From: Candidatus Palauibacter rhopaloidicola
Lineage (GTDB): Bacteria; Gemmatimonadota; Gemmatimonadetes; Palauibacterales; Palauibacteraceae
Length of the DNA: 64,000 nt
Assembly (NCBI GenBank): GCA_026914155.1
Contig: JAPPGH010000020.1
Coordinates: forward strand, 1,068 to 65,067
Direction of reading: 5' to 3'
A program made the translations under genes and the position numbers. The notes under the pieces were generated by a model. It had not been told where the DNA came from, ran no database searches, and was given only the letters and a program-made list of their open reading frames with translations. Positions within the stretch are counted from its first letter, which is position 1. Every line of letters begins with the position of its first letter. This document shows, in pieces, positions 1-8,785 of the stretch.

Positions 1-2
1 GC

Positions 3-1310
3 GGGTCGTACGAGGGCGGCCTCGGCGGCACCTGCCTCAACTGGGGCTGCATCCCCGCCAAGGCGCTGCTCGAGAGCGCCGCGCTGGCGCACAACCTGCA
101 GCACCACGGCGCCCGCATGGGCGTGAAGCCGGTCGAAGTGGAGTACGACTTCCCCGCCGCCGTGAAGCGGAGCCGCATCATCACCCGCAAGCTCACGGCC
201 GGCGTGAAGTACCTGCTCGGGAAGAACAAGGTCGAGATCGTGCAGGGCCGCGGCCGGCTGGCCGGGGCGGGCCGCGTCGCGGTTGAGACGGAGGACGGCG
301 AAACCCGGGAGATCGCGACCCGGAACGTCGTGTTCGCGACCGGCTCCGTGATGAAGACCTTCCCGGGCTTCGAACTCGACGGCGAGAAGGTCATCGGCAG
401 CCGGGAAGCGCTCGGGCTCCAGGAACTCCCGGCGAAGATGGCGATCGTCGGGGCCGGATTCGTGGGGGTCGAGTTCGCGGACGTCTTCAACGCCTTCGGC
501 GTGGACGTCACGCTGATCGAGGCGCTCGGCACGCTCGTGCCGCTCGAGGACCCGGAGATCGGAAACGCGCTCGAACGCTCGTTCAGGAAGCGGGGCATCC
601 GCAATCTCACGAACACCCGCGTCAAGCACCTGGACCGCGAGGCGAGCCCGATGGTCCTCACGGTCGTGAACCCGGACGGCAGCGAGACCGCCGAGGAGAC
701 GGATCTCGTGCTCATGGCCGTCGGACGGCGGCCCGTGACCGAGAATCTCGACCTCGAGAAGAACGGGGTCGCGGTCGAGGACGGCTTCATCCGGATCGAC
801 GAGTGGTGCCGGACGAACCAGCCCGGCGTCTACGCGATCGGGGATGTGGCCGGGCAGCCGATGCTGGCGCACGTCGGCTCGCACGAAGGCATCGTCGCCG
901 CCGAGCATATCGCCGGCGTGGCCAAGCATCCGATGACGTACGGGAACATCCCCTCCGTCGGGTACTGCCACCCCGAGGTCGCTTCGATCGGCATGTCGGT
1001 GGAGCAGGCCGAGGAGGCGGGCCACGAGGTCGTCACCGGCAAGTATCCGCTCGGGGCGCACGGACGCGCGCTGACGGCCGAATCGGCGGACGGCTTCGTG
1101 AAGGTCGTGGCGGACGCGAAGTACGGCGAAGTGCTGGGCGTCCACATGATCGGACACAACGTGAGCGAGCTCGTAGCGGAGGTCGGCATGGCCCGCGAAT
1201 TGGAAGCCACGCTGGACGAGCTCGTGCGTCACGCGCACGCGCACCCCAGCATGGCCGAGGCCGTGATGGAGGCCGCGTTCGCCGCGCTCGGGCGCTCGAT
1301 CCACATGTAG
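3..1310 (+). CDS. lpdA: dihydrolipoyl dehydrogenase (E3 component), 5' end cut by window edge
   Basis: The frame is open from nt 3. It contains the redox disulfide motif GGTCLNWGCIPAK (nt 24-62), the NAD-binding motif GAGFVGVEF and the C-terminal HAHPSMAE interface motif. Confidence 0.9.
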   Translation, partial: GSYEGGLGGTCLNWGCIPAKALLESAALAHNLQHHGARMGVKPVEVEYDFPAAVKRSRIITRKLTAGVKYLLGKNKVEIVQGRGRLAGAGRVAVETEDGETREIATRNVVFATGSVMKTFPGFELDGEKVIGSREALGLQELPAKMAIVGAGFVGVEFADVFNAFGVDVTLIEALGTLVPLEDPEIGNALERSFRKRGIRNLTNTRVKHLDREASPMVLTVVNPDGSETAEETDLVLMAVGRRPVTENLDLEKNGVAVEDGFIRIDEWCRTNQPGVYAIGDVAGQPMLAHVGSHEGIVAAEHIAGVAKHPMTYGNIPSVGYCHPEVASIGMSVEQAEEAGHEVVTGKYPLGAHGRALTAESADGFVKVVADAKYGEVLGVHMIGHNVSELVAEVGMARELEATLDELVRHAHAHPSMAEAVMEAAFAALGRSIHM

Positions 1311-1345
1311 GCCGGCGGGAACAGACGGCGGTTGGCGGAGCCTCG

Positions 1346-2125
1346 ATGAGCGGCGAGCGGCAACTCCGGGTGGTCAGCCTCGGTCGCCGCGAGTACCGGG
1401 AGGTGCTCGAGCTTCAGCGCTCCATCGCGCGCTGGCGGCGGAGTGCTCCGCCGGATCACGACCTCCTGCTCCTCGTCGAACACCTGCCGGTGATCACCGT
1501 CGGGCGGGGATCGAGGGAGGACATCACGCCCCCCGACCCGGCATGGCTCGCCGAGGCGGGACTGGACCTGGTCGAGATCGAGCGCGGCGGCGACCTCACG
1601 TATCACGGCCCCGGCCAGTTGGTGGGCTATCCGATCCTGGACCTCCGCCAGCACCGGCAGGACCTCCACTGGTATCTGCGCCGCATCGAGGAGGTGCTGT
1701 TGCGCGTGCTCGCGGAGTGCGGCCTCCCCGCGTTCCGGGTCGAATCGTACACCGGAGTGTGGACGGGTTCTCCACCCGCCGGGAGCCTCGATGCAGTCGA
1801 GGAGGACGGGTTCGGAACGGTCGCCGCCGGACGCGCGGACGCCCTCATCGGGACCGGCGCGATCCGCAAGGTCGCATCGATCGGCGTGCACGCGAGCCGC
1901 TGGATCACGTCGCACGGCTTCGCGCTCAACGTGACGCCGGAGCCTCTCGCGAACTTCCGCGGCATCGTCGCGTGCGGCATCCACGGCGTCCGCATGACGA
2001 GCCTCGCCTCCGAGGGCGCCGCCCTTACCCTGGACGAGGCGGGCGAGGCCGTGGTGCGCGCCTTCCCCGCGGCGTTCCCGAGCCTCGCGCCGTCACCCGC
2101 GCCGGAAGTCGGCCTGCGGGTCTGA
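1346..2125 (+). CDS. lipB: octanoyltransferase (lipoyl(octanoyl) transferase)
   Basis: The ATG at 1346 lies inside the longer 803..2125 ORF. LipB-like blocks are present: VEHLPVITVGRG, RGGDLTYHGPGQLVGYPIL, KVASIGVH. It sits next to lpdA. Confidence 0.85.
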   Translation: MSGERQLRVVSLGRREYREVLELQRSIARWRRSAPPDHDLLLLVEHLPVITVGRGSREDITPPDPAWLAEAGLDLVEIERGGDLTYHGPGQLVGYPILDLRQHRQDLHWYLRRIEEVLLRVLAECGLPAFRVESYTGVWTGSPPAGSLDAVEEDGFGTVAAGRADALIGTGAIRKVASIGVHASRWITSHGFALNVTPEPLANFRGIVACGIHGVRMTSLASEGAALTLDEAGEAVVRAFPAAFPSLAPSPAPEVGLRV

Positions 2126-2171
2126 CGTTCCCGCGGGAACGTGCCGGCGGGAACGTTGCCGAAGGGAACGT
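2125..2171. repeat. 18-bp perfect palindrome plus direct GGGAACGT repeats just after the lipB stop
   Basis: ACGTTCCCGCGGGAACGT (2125-2142) is a perfect palindrome. GGGAACGT recurs at 2149-2156 and 2164-2171 with 14-15 bp spacing, the last two copies as GGGAACGTTGCCGAA. Confidence 0.7.
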
Positions 2172-2272
2172 TGCCGAAGCGCGGCTTTGAGCCGACCTTG
2201 TCGCCCGTCGCTCACCGACAGGGGTGACCCGACGTCCGTCGCCGAACCGCCGCACAAGGATGGCTTGCGAAG

Positions 2273-2443
2273 ATGACTATGATTCTCGGGATCCTGCTGC
2301 TCAGCACGGTCGTCGTCGCGCTGCTGCTCGGGCAGCTCGCCCGGATGTCGCTACGGGAACGCGTCCTTCAGACCGCCGCCATGCTCGCCGCGGCCTTCAT
2401 CTTCTACGGCCTCGTCGTCCTCCTGGAGTCCGCCACCCACTAG
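2273..2443 (+). CDS. hypothetical small membrane protein (56 aa, 2 predicted TM helices)
   Basis: An ATG-started ORF below the track cutoff: MTMILGILLLSTVVVALLLGQLARMSL...AAMLAAAFIFYGLVVLLESATH. It is hydrophobic and has GC-rich third codon positions. Confidence 0.3.
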   Translation: MTMILGILLLSTVVVALLLGQLARMSLRERVLQTAAMLAAAFIFYGLVVLLESATH

Positions 2444-2465
2444 CTGCCCGCGTGCGGCGGCCTGG

Positions 2466-2939
2466 TCAGCCCGCCGCGGTGGTGTTCACCGTCGTGGGGG
2501 GTACCCCCGCGCTTTCGGCTTCATTCGGGCCGTGGACGATCTTGGAGCCCTGCCAGGCGGCGATTCCGATCATGAAGGTCGCGAACAGACCCAGCAGGAG
2601 TACGAAGCGCCGCAGCCGATGGTCGTGGCGCTCGTGCAGCGCGAAGGCGGCCAGCGCGCCGGCGGTGAAGGCGGGGACGGCCGCCCAGGTGGCCCAGAAG
2701 CGGTGGGTCTGGACGATGCCGGGCCGCACGAAGGTGCGGTCCGCGACGACGTCGGCGGCGGCGAGGCCGGTCAGGTAGGCGGGGGCCACGAAGGCGCCGG
2801 CGATGACGAGGGCCACGAGCCCCCACAACTCGAGCGGCTCGCGGTTCGTCGCCCACCCGTACAGGCCGACGGCGCTCCCGCTCGCGGCGAGGACGATGGG
2901 GAACGAGTGCGAGATGATGTGCAGGTGTTCCCAGCTCAC
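2466..2939 (-). CDS. integral membrane protein, DUF2231-like (tentative)
   Basis: GTG start. About 4 hydrophobic helices. The N-terminal HIISHSFPIVLAA resembles the HFPIAL motif of DUF2231 proteins. Confidence 0.6.
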   Translation of the reverse strand: MSWEHLHIISHSFPIVLAASGSAVGLYGWATNREPLELWGLVALVIAGAFVAPAYLTGLAAADVVADRTFVRPGIVQTHRFWATWAAVPAFTAGALAAFALHERHDHRLRRFVLLLGLFATFMIGIAAWQGSKIVHGPNEAESAGVPPTTVNTTAAG

Positions 2940-3020
2940 CGCACCCCGCCCCGGCTCCGTGCCCCACCTTGGCTCCCGGCGCTGCCTCCGCTCCGGGCGC
3001 TGCCTAGACTCGTCATCATC

Positions 3021-3048
3021 TTGACACGTCTTCCAGCCCGGCTAGAAT
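3021..3048 (+). promoter_or_regulatory. sigma70-type promoter for tRNA-Glu
   Basis: TTGACA (3021-3026), a 16-nt spacer, then TAGAAT (3043-3048). The -10 element ends 16 nt before the mature tRNA 5' end. Confidence 0.55.
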
Positions 3049-3064
3049 ATCGCTTCCCAACTCC

Positions 3065-3137
3065 GCCCCCTTCGTCTAGTGGCCCAGGATACCTGGTTCT
3101 CAGCCAGGAGACAGGGGTTCGATTCCCCTAGGGGGTA
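3065..3137 (+). tRNA. tRNA-Glu (anticodon CTC)
   Basis: Cloverleaf readable by eye. Acceptor GCCCCCT/AGGGGGT. Anticodon arm CCTGG-TTCTCAG-CCAGG. T arm AGGGG-TTCGATT-CCCCT. Close to the E. coli tRNA-Glu layout. CCA is not encoded. Confidence 0.9.
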
Positions 3138-3139
3138 TG

Positions 3140-3179
3140 AAACGCCGCGGCGGGTCCCGACCGGACCCCCGCGGCGTTT
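3140..3179. terminator. long GC-rich hairpin between convergent tRNA-Glu and the DUF547 gene (possible bidirectional terminator)
   Basis: AAACGCCGCGGCGGGTCC ... GGACCCCCGCGGCGTTT forms a stem of about 17 bp with one bulge. It is flanked by a short A run on one side and a short T run on the other. Confidence 0.5.
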
Positions 3180-3216
3180 GCCATCTCTCGACGGTCCGGG
3201 CGGACCCGGGGTCGCG

Positions 3217-4059
3217 TCACGGAACGTCCGGTGCGTTCAGGCTCCAGTCGTATTCGTGGTCGAGCGACCCGTCGAAATCCCGAAGCTGCTCCGCCAGATC
3301 GCCCTGGGCGTACTTCCGAAGGTGTTCGAGCACGCCCGCCTCGGAATCCCCGAAATCCTCCTGATACCAGAAGTAGATGCTGGAGACGACGCCCGACGCT
3401 TCGTCTCGGAGCGTCACGCCTCGCGGGTGATTCACGTAGTCCCGCGCCGCCTGATCCAGGAGTCGCTCCAGGTTCTCCGCGGTGTAGGCCTCCGGGGCCA
3501 GATTCGGACAGCCGATGCTGGCGCAGTTCACGCCGTAGTGGATCCGGGCATCCCGCCAGATGGGGCGCAGGATGTCGTGCTCGATGTTGTCCAGCGTGAG
3601 CGGGTGTCCGGCCACGCTCGCGTGGATGTCGCGCCACGGGCCCGTGGCGGGAATCAGGCCTTCGTGGATGTCCTTGATCGACTCGACGGGATACTCGTCC
3701 ACGACGACCCGCAGCGTCACGGCGTTGTAGAGGTTGATCCAGTACGCCATCTGCACGTCCTTCGCGTACTGCCGCGGGTCCAGCCCCTGCAGGTCGTCGA
3801 TGTAGCCGGCCAGGCGCGCCCGGTCGGCGGCGTTCGCCCGCAACTTCGCGTAGTCGACGAGGGTGACGCCGGACGGGTCGTCGGTGACCAGGTAGGCGTC
3901 GAGCAGCGCCTGCCATTCGCTGTGGTCGAGCCGCGCGGTATTCGCCGGGTCGTGCTCGTCCCAGGCGACGTCGGTGGACGGCCCGGCGCACGAAATCCCG
4001 CCGAGCGCCAGGAGACCGAGCAGCCCCCACCGGGCGAACCGCGCCGAAACTTCTTTCAT
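3217..4059 (-). CDS. DUF547 domain protein with signal peptide / lipobox-like N-terminus
   Basis: The start MKEVSARFARWGLLGLLALGGISCAG lies inside the longer ORF 3217..4680. DUF547-like blocks are present: WINLYNA, HYGVNCASIGCP. Its ATG overlaps the upstream GT2 stop as ATGA. Confidence 0.75.
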   Translation of the reverse strand: MKEVSARFARWGLLGLLALGGISCAGPSTDVAWDEHDPANTARLDHSEWQALLDAYLVTDDPSGVTLVDYAKLRANAADRARLAGYIDDLQGLDPRQYAKDVQMAYWINLYNAVTLRVVVDEYPVESIKDIHEGLIPATGPWRDIHASVAGHPLTLDNIEHDILRPIWRDARIHYGVNCASIGCPNLAPEAYTAENLERLLDQAARDYVNHPRGVTLRDEASGVVSSIYFWYQEDFGDSEAGVLEHLRKYAQGDLAEQLRDFDGSLDHEYDWSLNAPDVP

Positions 4060-4811
4060 TTTCCTGCCTCCTGCGGCCGGGTGGAGCGCCCTGCGCGCCA
4101 CTGCCGCCAGCGGAGCCGGACGATCATCGAGAGGATGCCCACGCTGGCGCCGACGACTCCCCGAACCGTTCCGCCCACCTTCGACCGGCCGAAGCGGCGG
4201 CGCAAGGTGTCCACGGGCACTTCGACGACGCGCAGCCGGTGCTGGATGGCCTTGATCTGCATCTCCACGGTCCACCCGTACGTGCGGTCCCGCATGTCGA
4301 TGCGGCGCAGCGCCTCGGCCCGTATGGCGCGGTAGGGACCGAGGTCGGTCACCGCCGTCCCCCACAGCAGGCGTATGAGCAGCGCGGCCACCCGGTTGCC
4401 CGCGACCTGCGGCGCCGACAGGGCGCCGGGCTCCTTCCGCCCCAGCGCGCGCGATCCGATGGCCAGGTCGGCCCCGGCGGCGACGGCGTCGAGCAGCCGG
4501 AGTCCCTGCGCCGCCTCGAACGACCGGTCGCCGTCCGTGAAAAGCACGATGTCGACGGGGCGCAGGTGCGCGAGCGCCGTCAGGCAGGCCAGGCCGTAGC
4601 CCGGCGTGTCCTCCCGGACGACCCGCGCCCCCGCCTCGCGCGCGCGGGTCGCGGTGGCGTCCGTCGACCCGTTGTCGCACACGACGAAATCGTCGACCAC
4701 GCGCCGGCCCCGGTCATCGCGCAGCGCGAGCAGGTCGGCCACGACGTCGCCGATATTCCGCTCCTCGTCCCTCGCCGGCACGACCACGCCCACCGCCATT
4801 CCCGCGTACAC
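4056..4811 (-). CDS. family 2 glycosyltransferase (dolichyl/polyprenyl-phosphate sugar synthase-like)
   Basis: VVVPARDEE...CDNGSTD...LFTDGD motifs typical of GT2 (GT-A fold). GTG start at 4811, with an alternative ATG at 4799. Confidence 0.8.
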   Translation of the reverse strand: MYAGMAVGVVVPARDEERNIGDVVADLLALRDDRGRRVVDDFVVCDNGSTDATATRAREAGARVVREDTPGYGLACLTALAHLRPVDIVLFTDGDRSFEAAQGLRLLDAVAAGADLAIGSRALGRKEPGALSAPQVAGNRVAALLIRLLWGTAVTDLGPYRAIRAEALRRIDMRDRTYGWTVEMQIKAIQHRLRVVEVPVDTLRRRFGRSKVGGTVRGVVGASVGILSMIVRLRWRQWRAGRSTRPQEAGK

Positions 4812-4840
4812 GCCGTCCCGGCCCTCCGCTCAGAAGTCGC

Positions 4841-5905
4841 TCAGAAGTCGACCTGGGCGAGGAAGAGGAACTGGCCATCGGACAGCGTCGGCGCGTGGGG
4901 CGAATCGTCGAGGGCGCTGGCGTACTGCAGCCCGAACCTCGCGTAGCCGTCCGGATACAGATTCAGCCCGAACACCATGAACTTCCGGTCGGCGCCCAGA
5001 GCCGGCCGGAATCCATCGTACCGCACGACGCCCTCGAGCAGTCCCCACGGCCGATAGCCGAACTGCACCCAGCCGCCGTACGCCTCCGTCTCGGCCGGCC
5101 CCCTCCCGCTGAGCGGAGCATCGAGATCGAAGTCCGCCCGCAGGTACTCGCCCGTCAGCGTCAGGTTGTGGTAGGAGACCTGAACGTCCGCACCCCAGTA
5201 CAGGCGGCTGCCCGCAAAATCGGACGTGATGCCGGGCGCCGCCGATCGGTCTCCGGTGATGATGCCCTTTCCGAGCGGCGCGGATGTGTCCTCCGAATAA
5301 CCGAGGGAAGCTCCCGCCTGTACGACGAGTTCGTCGTAGAAGGCGATCGTGCCGATCGAGTTGTACTGCACGCGGCCGGCGAACATGTAGTTGTCGCCGT
5401 CGTTGGTGACGGATCGGCCGTTGCCGTTGTAGAGGCCGGCCCCGTAGGTGAACCGGCCCTCGAGCGCCTGCCCGCCCGCCTGCACGCCGATCTGCCGGTC
5501 CGGCCTGAGGGCGGTCGCGGCCTGCGAGCGTTCGACGAACGTGATGTCGCTGCGCGACACGGTGGCTTCGTAGCCGAAATAGGGCTTGAACATGCCGATG
5601 CTGAGTTCGAATTCCGGAATCACCGGCATCGTGACCACCGCGTCGTGGATCCGGTACGCGTCCCGCCCCGCGTCGTAGCGGACAACGAACTTGTAGTCGA
5701 AGACGAGTCCGACGGCGCCCTCCACCTTGAGGCGGGATTCGAAGAGCCGGAACCCCTGTCCGCCGAGGGTGGAGTCCGAATGCGCCCGGGCTCCGGCCCG
5801 CAGCAGCCCCCCGACCTCGATCGGGGAGGCCTCCTGCGCCGCCATTCCCGCCGGAATGGCCAGGCCAAGCACGACGACCGTTCGCGCGCACATTCTCGCG
5901 ATCAT
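4841..5905 (-). CDS. outer-membrane porin, phosphate-selective porin O/P-like
   Basis: Signal peptide present. Alternating beta-strand pattern. Block GMFKPYFGYEATVSRSDITFVERS...LYNGNG. Terminal Phe (..AQVDF). Confidence 0.7.
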   Translation of the reverse strand: MIARMCARTVVVLGLAIPAGMAAQEASPIEVGGLLRAGARAHSDSTLGGQGFRLFESRLKVEGAVGLVFDYKFVVRYDAGRDAYRIHDAVVTMPVIPEFELSIGMFKPYFGYEATVSRSDITFVERSQAATALRPDRQIGVQAGGQALEGRFTYGAGLYNGNGRSVTNDGDNYMFAGRVQYNSIGTIAFYDELVVQAGASLGYSEDTSAPLGKGIITGDRSAAPGITSDFAGSRLYWGADVQVSYHNLTLTGEYLRADFDLDAPLSGRGPAETEAYGGWVQFGYRPWGLLEGVVRYDGFRPALGADRKFMVFGLNLYPDGYARFGLQYASALDDSPHAPTLSDGQFLFLAQVDF

Positions 5906-5935
5906 GTATCACCCCTCATCATCTATCGCACCTCA

Positions 5936-6703
5936 TCATGTTTCGGGTTCATCGGGTTCTTCGGGTTCGTCGACATCGAACTTCGCGTGAAGGTAGCGCC
6001 AGCCTCCCAGGCCGATCGCCGCGTTGATCCAGAAGTGCCCGACGATGGACGGGAACAGACTGTCCGTCCAGATGACGGTCACCGCGAGCACGACGCCAAG
6101 CGCCGTCGCCCGGACCACGCCGACGAGCTTCTGGTATCCGTGAGCGAGTCCGAAGGACACGGAGACCAGCGCCACGCCGAGCCAGGGGTTGCCGGTCCAT
6201 GCCGAGACGGCCCACAGGCCGAATCCCCGATAGGCGTACTCCTCGCAGACCGCCGCGATCCCGGAGAGCGCGAGAAACCAGCGTTTTTCCGAGGCGTTTC
6301 GCGGCATCAGCAGCAGCACGGCCGCGGTCTCCCGGAGCCCGGCGAGCCGCCCGGCCGCGGTGATCAGCCAGGCTGCCAGCAGCCCGACGGCGGCCACGGC
6401 CAGGCCCCGGAGCAGCGCGGGCGCCGGCGCGTCGACCCTCCAGCCGAGCGCGGCCGCGGGGACGTTCTGCCACGCCGCGACGCCGAGCGTCACCAGGCCG
6501 AGCACGACGAGCGATGCCCCTACCGACACGTACAGCAGTCGGCGGTGTTTCGCCGCTGCGGCGAGATCGGCCCCGCGGCGAGCATCGAGGACGGCGAGGA
6601 GAGGCATGCCGATCAGGAGCAGCAGAGCGTACGCCGCCACGATCGGGGTCGGAGTCTCCGGCATCGCGGACGGATAACGCGGCGGAGGTGCCGCGTGCAA
6701 CAT
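5936..6703 (-). CDS. CPBP (CAAX) family intramembrane metalloprotease
   Basis: EEYAYRGF, FGLAHG and HFWINA motifs in a multi-TM protein with an acidic EPEEPDEPET tail. The start is uncertain (ATG at 6703 or 6664). The rest of the 6913 ORF overlaps the divergent gene. Confidence 0.7.
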   Translation of the reverse strand: MLHAAPPPRYPSAMPETPTPIVAAYALLLLIGMPLLAVLDARRGADLAAAAKHRRLLYVSVGASLVVLGLVTLGVAAWQNVPAAALGWRVDAPAPALLRGLAVAAVGLLAAWLITAAGRLAGLRETAAVLLLMPRNASEKRWFLALSGIAAVCEEYAYRGFGLWAVSAWTGNPWLGVALVSVSFGLAHGYQKLVGVVRATALGVVLAVTVIWTDSLFPSIVGHFWINAAIGLGGWRYLHAKFDVDEPEEPDEPET

Positions 6704-6767
6704 GCGCACCGAACGACGGCGGCCGGGCCCGTTGACAGCGGCGCGCGGTTCGGGGACGTTCACGCGC

Positions 6768-7661
6768 ATGCCGCTCGATATCGCGATCGCCCAGTTCCGG
6801 CCCTCCAAGGGCGACCTCGACGCGACGCTGGACGGCTGCGCGGGGATCATCCGGCGCGCGGCCGGGGCGGAACGGCGGCCGCGCCTCGTCGTGTTTCCGG
6901 AGACCGCGCTCACCGGCTATTTCCTGGAGGGCGGAGTTCGCGAACAGGCCATCGCGGCCCCGGAACTGTTCGAGGCCCTCAACGCGCGCGTCGGCGAAGA
7001 TGCGGATGGTCTCGATGTCGCGATCGGCTTTTACGAGCGGGACGCGGCGGGCATCTACAACTCGGCCCTCTACGCGACGCTGGGGCCCGGCGGCGGGATC
7101 CTTCACGTCCACCGCAAGGTGTTCCTCGCCACCTACGGCGTCTTCCAGGAAGAGCGGTTCGTCGAGGCGGGGGCCGGAATCCGGGCGTTCGACGCGCCGC
7201 CGGGACGCACCGCGCTGCTGATCTGCGAAGACGGTTTTCACTCGGTCTCCGGTACGCTCGCCGCGCTCGACGGAGCGTCGATCATCCTCATTCTCAGCGC
7301 CTCGCCCGCACGCGGGGCGGCCCCGGGGGCTGGGGTGCCCGGCAACCTCGTCCGCTGGGAGGCCCTCGCGAGCGCGATCGCCGCCGAGCATGGGGTGTTC
7401 GTCATCGTGTCCCAGTTGGTCGGGTTCGAAGGGGGCAAGGGATTCGCCGGCGGGTCCGCGGCCTACGACCCGCGCGGACACCGGCTCCTCGCGGGGCCGC
7501 TCTGGGAGGAAGCGGTGCTGCCCGTGCGGGTGGACCTCGACGAGGCCGCGCGCGCCCGCACCGAAGAGCCGCTCTTTTCGGACCTCGAACGGTCCTGGAC
7601 CCGTCTTCTCGTGAACAGTCCGGGGTCCGGCGTGCGCCGGCCGGCTCCCGACGGCGAATGA
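6768..7661 (+). CDS. carbon-nitrogen hydrolase (nitrilase superfamily), probable glutaminase subunit for NadE
   Basis: FPETALTGY (Glu), HRKVFL (Lys) and LICEDG (Cys) form the catalytic triad blocks. Its stop overlaps the nadE ATG as ATGA. Confidence 0.8.
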   Translation: MPLDIAIAQFRPSKGDLDATLDGCAGIIRRAAGAERRPRLVVFPETALTGYFLEGGVREQAIAAPELFEALNARVGEDADGLDVAIGFYERDAAGIYNSALYATLGPGGGILHVHRKVFLATYGVFQEERFVEAGAGIRAFDAPPGRTALLICEDGFHSVSGTLAALDGASIILILSASPARGAAPGAGVPGNLVRWEALASAIAAEHGVFVIVSQLVGFEGGKGFAGGSAAYDPRGHRLLAGPLWEEAVLPVRVDLDEAARARTEEPLFSDLERSWTRLLVNSPGSGVRRPAPDGE

Positions 7662-8536
7662 CCCGCGCCTGGCCGCCGCCGGGCACCGCGGAAGCCCGCG
7701 CTCCACACCCCGCCGACCGGGGCCCGCTCGACATCGATACGGACCTCGTGCGGGATTGGCTCGTCCAGTTCCTTCGAGAGGAGATCGAGCGTCGGCGCGG
7801 TTTCCGCCGCGTCGTGGTCGGGTTGTCGGGAGGGGTGGATTCCGCCCTCACCGCGGCGCTGTGCGCGGAAGCTCTCGGCCCCGCAGCGGTGCTGGCCCTC
7901 CTGTTGCCCTACCGAACGTCGAGCCCCCGGAGCCGCGAGCACGCGCTCCTCGTGGCGGGGAAATTCGGGATTCCGACGCGCACGATCGATATCACGCGGG
8001 CCGTGGACGGCTATCTCGACGAGTTCGAGCCCGAGGCGGGCGGACACCGGAGGGGCAATGTGGCCGCGCGCCAGCGCATGATCGTCCTCTTCGACCAGGC
8101 CTTCAAGCTCTCCGCCCTCCCCGTCGGTACCGGAAACAAATCCGAGCGCCTCCTCGGCTACTATACCTGGCACGCGGACGACTCCCCGCCGGTGAACCCG
8201 CTCGGCGACCTGTTCAAGAGCCAGGTATGGGCGCTCGCGCGGGCCGTCGGCGTGCCCGCCGAGGTCGTCGACAAGCCGGCGACGGCGGATCTGATCCAGG
8301 GGCAGACGGATGAAGAGGACCTGGGCGCCACGTACCCCGAAGCCGATCTCATCCTCCACCACCTCATTTCCGGACGCGGGCCGGATGATCTCGTCGAGGC
8401 GGGGTTCGAGAGAAAGAAGGTCGAACTCGTCGCCGGGCGACTCGAAAGCACGCACTGGAAGCGCCACCTGCCGACGGTCGCGATGCTCTCGCCGACCGCG
8501 ATCGGGGAATGGTACCTGAGACCGGTGGATTACTGA
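7658..8536 (+). CDS. nadE: NAD+ synthetase (synthetase domain only)
   Basis: SGGVDS PP-loop and the GTGNKSE block. It lies inside the spurious 4895..8536 ORF, in the same frame from the ATG at 7658. Confidence 0.85.
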   Translation: MTRAWPPPGTAEARAPHPADRGPLDIDTDLVRDWLVQFLREEIERRRGFRRVVVGLSGGVDSALTAALCAEALGPAAVLALLLPYRTSSPRSREHALLVAGKFGIPTRTIDITRAVDGYLDEFEPEAGGHRRGNVAARQRMIVLFDQAFKLSALPVGTGNKSERLLGYYTWHADDSPPVNPLGDLFKSQVWALARAVGVPAEVVDKPATADLIQGQTDEEDLGATYPEADLILHHLISGRGPDDLVEAGFERKKVELVAGRLESTHWKRHLPTVAMLSPTAIGEWYLRPVDY

Positions 8537-8660
8537 TCCCCGCGCGTGGGTCAGGGCTCCTGGTGGTTTCATTGGCTCCGGGATTCTCCGGGATCCTGCT
8601 GCATGGGACGGCTGCCGGAGCGGAGGATAGGCGCGTTCCGTAACGTCTTCGGACAAGGGA

Positions 8661-8680
8661 ACGTCACAGGTTCGTCACGG
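8661..8680 (+). promoter_or_regulatory. putative Pho-box-like direct repeat upstream of phoB
   Basis: CGTCAC occurs at 8662-8667 and 8673-8678. The 11-bp spacing is one helical turn, as expected for OmpR/PhoB-family dimers. It lies about 110 nt upstream of the phoB start. The sequence differs from the E. coli Pho-box consensus. Confidence 0.3.
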
Positions 8681-8785
8681 GCTGAAACACGCCGAAGGTC
8701 GTTCACGAGATGGTTGCGAAGGTGTTACGATACCGGCGGCAACGTGGCTCAGGATGGTTGAGACCCCTTGGCGCGGATCGTTGAG

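Noticed and set aside
803-1345. An N-terminal extension of 181 aa on the lipB ORF, and the nested ORFs 830..1210(-) and 1229..1984(-).
   Set aside because: They overlap lpdA or lipB in other frames. Their Arg-rich nonsense translation contrasts with the clear LpdA and LipB motifs.
4895-8536. A 1213-aa plus-strand ORF.
   Set aside because: Only its last 293 codons (from the ATG at 7658) correspond to nadE. The upstream part is antisense to the porin and CPBP genes and out of frame with the CN-hydrolase.
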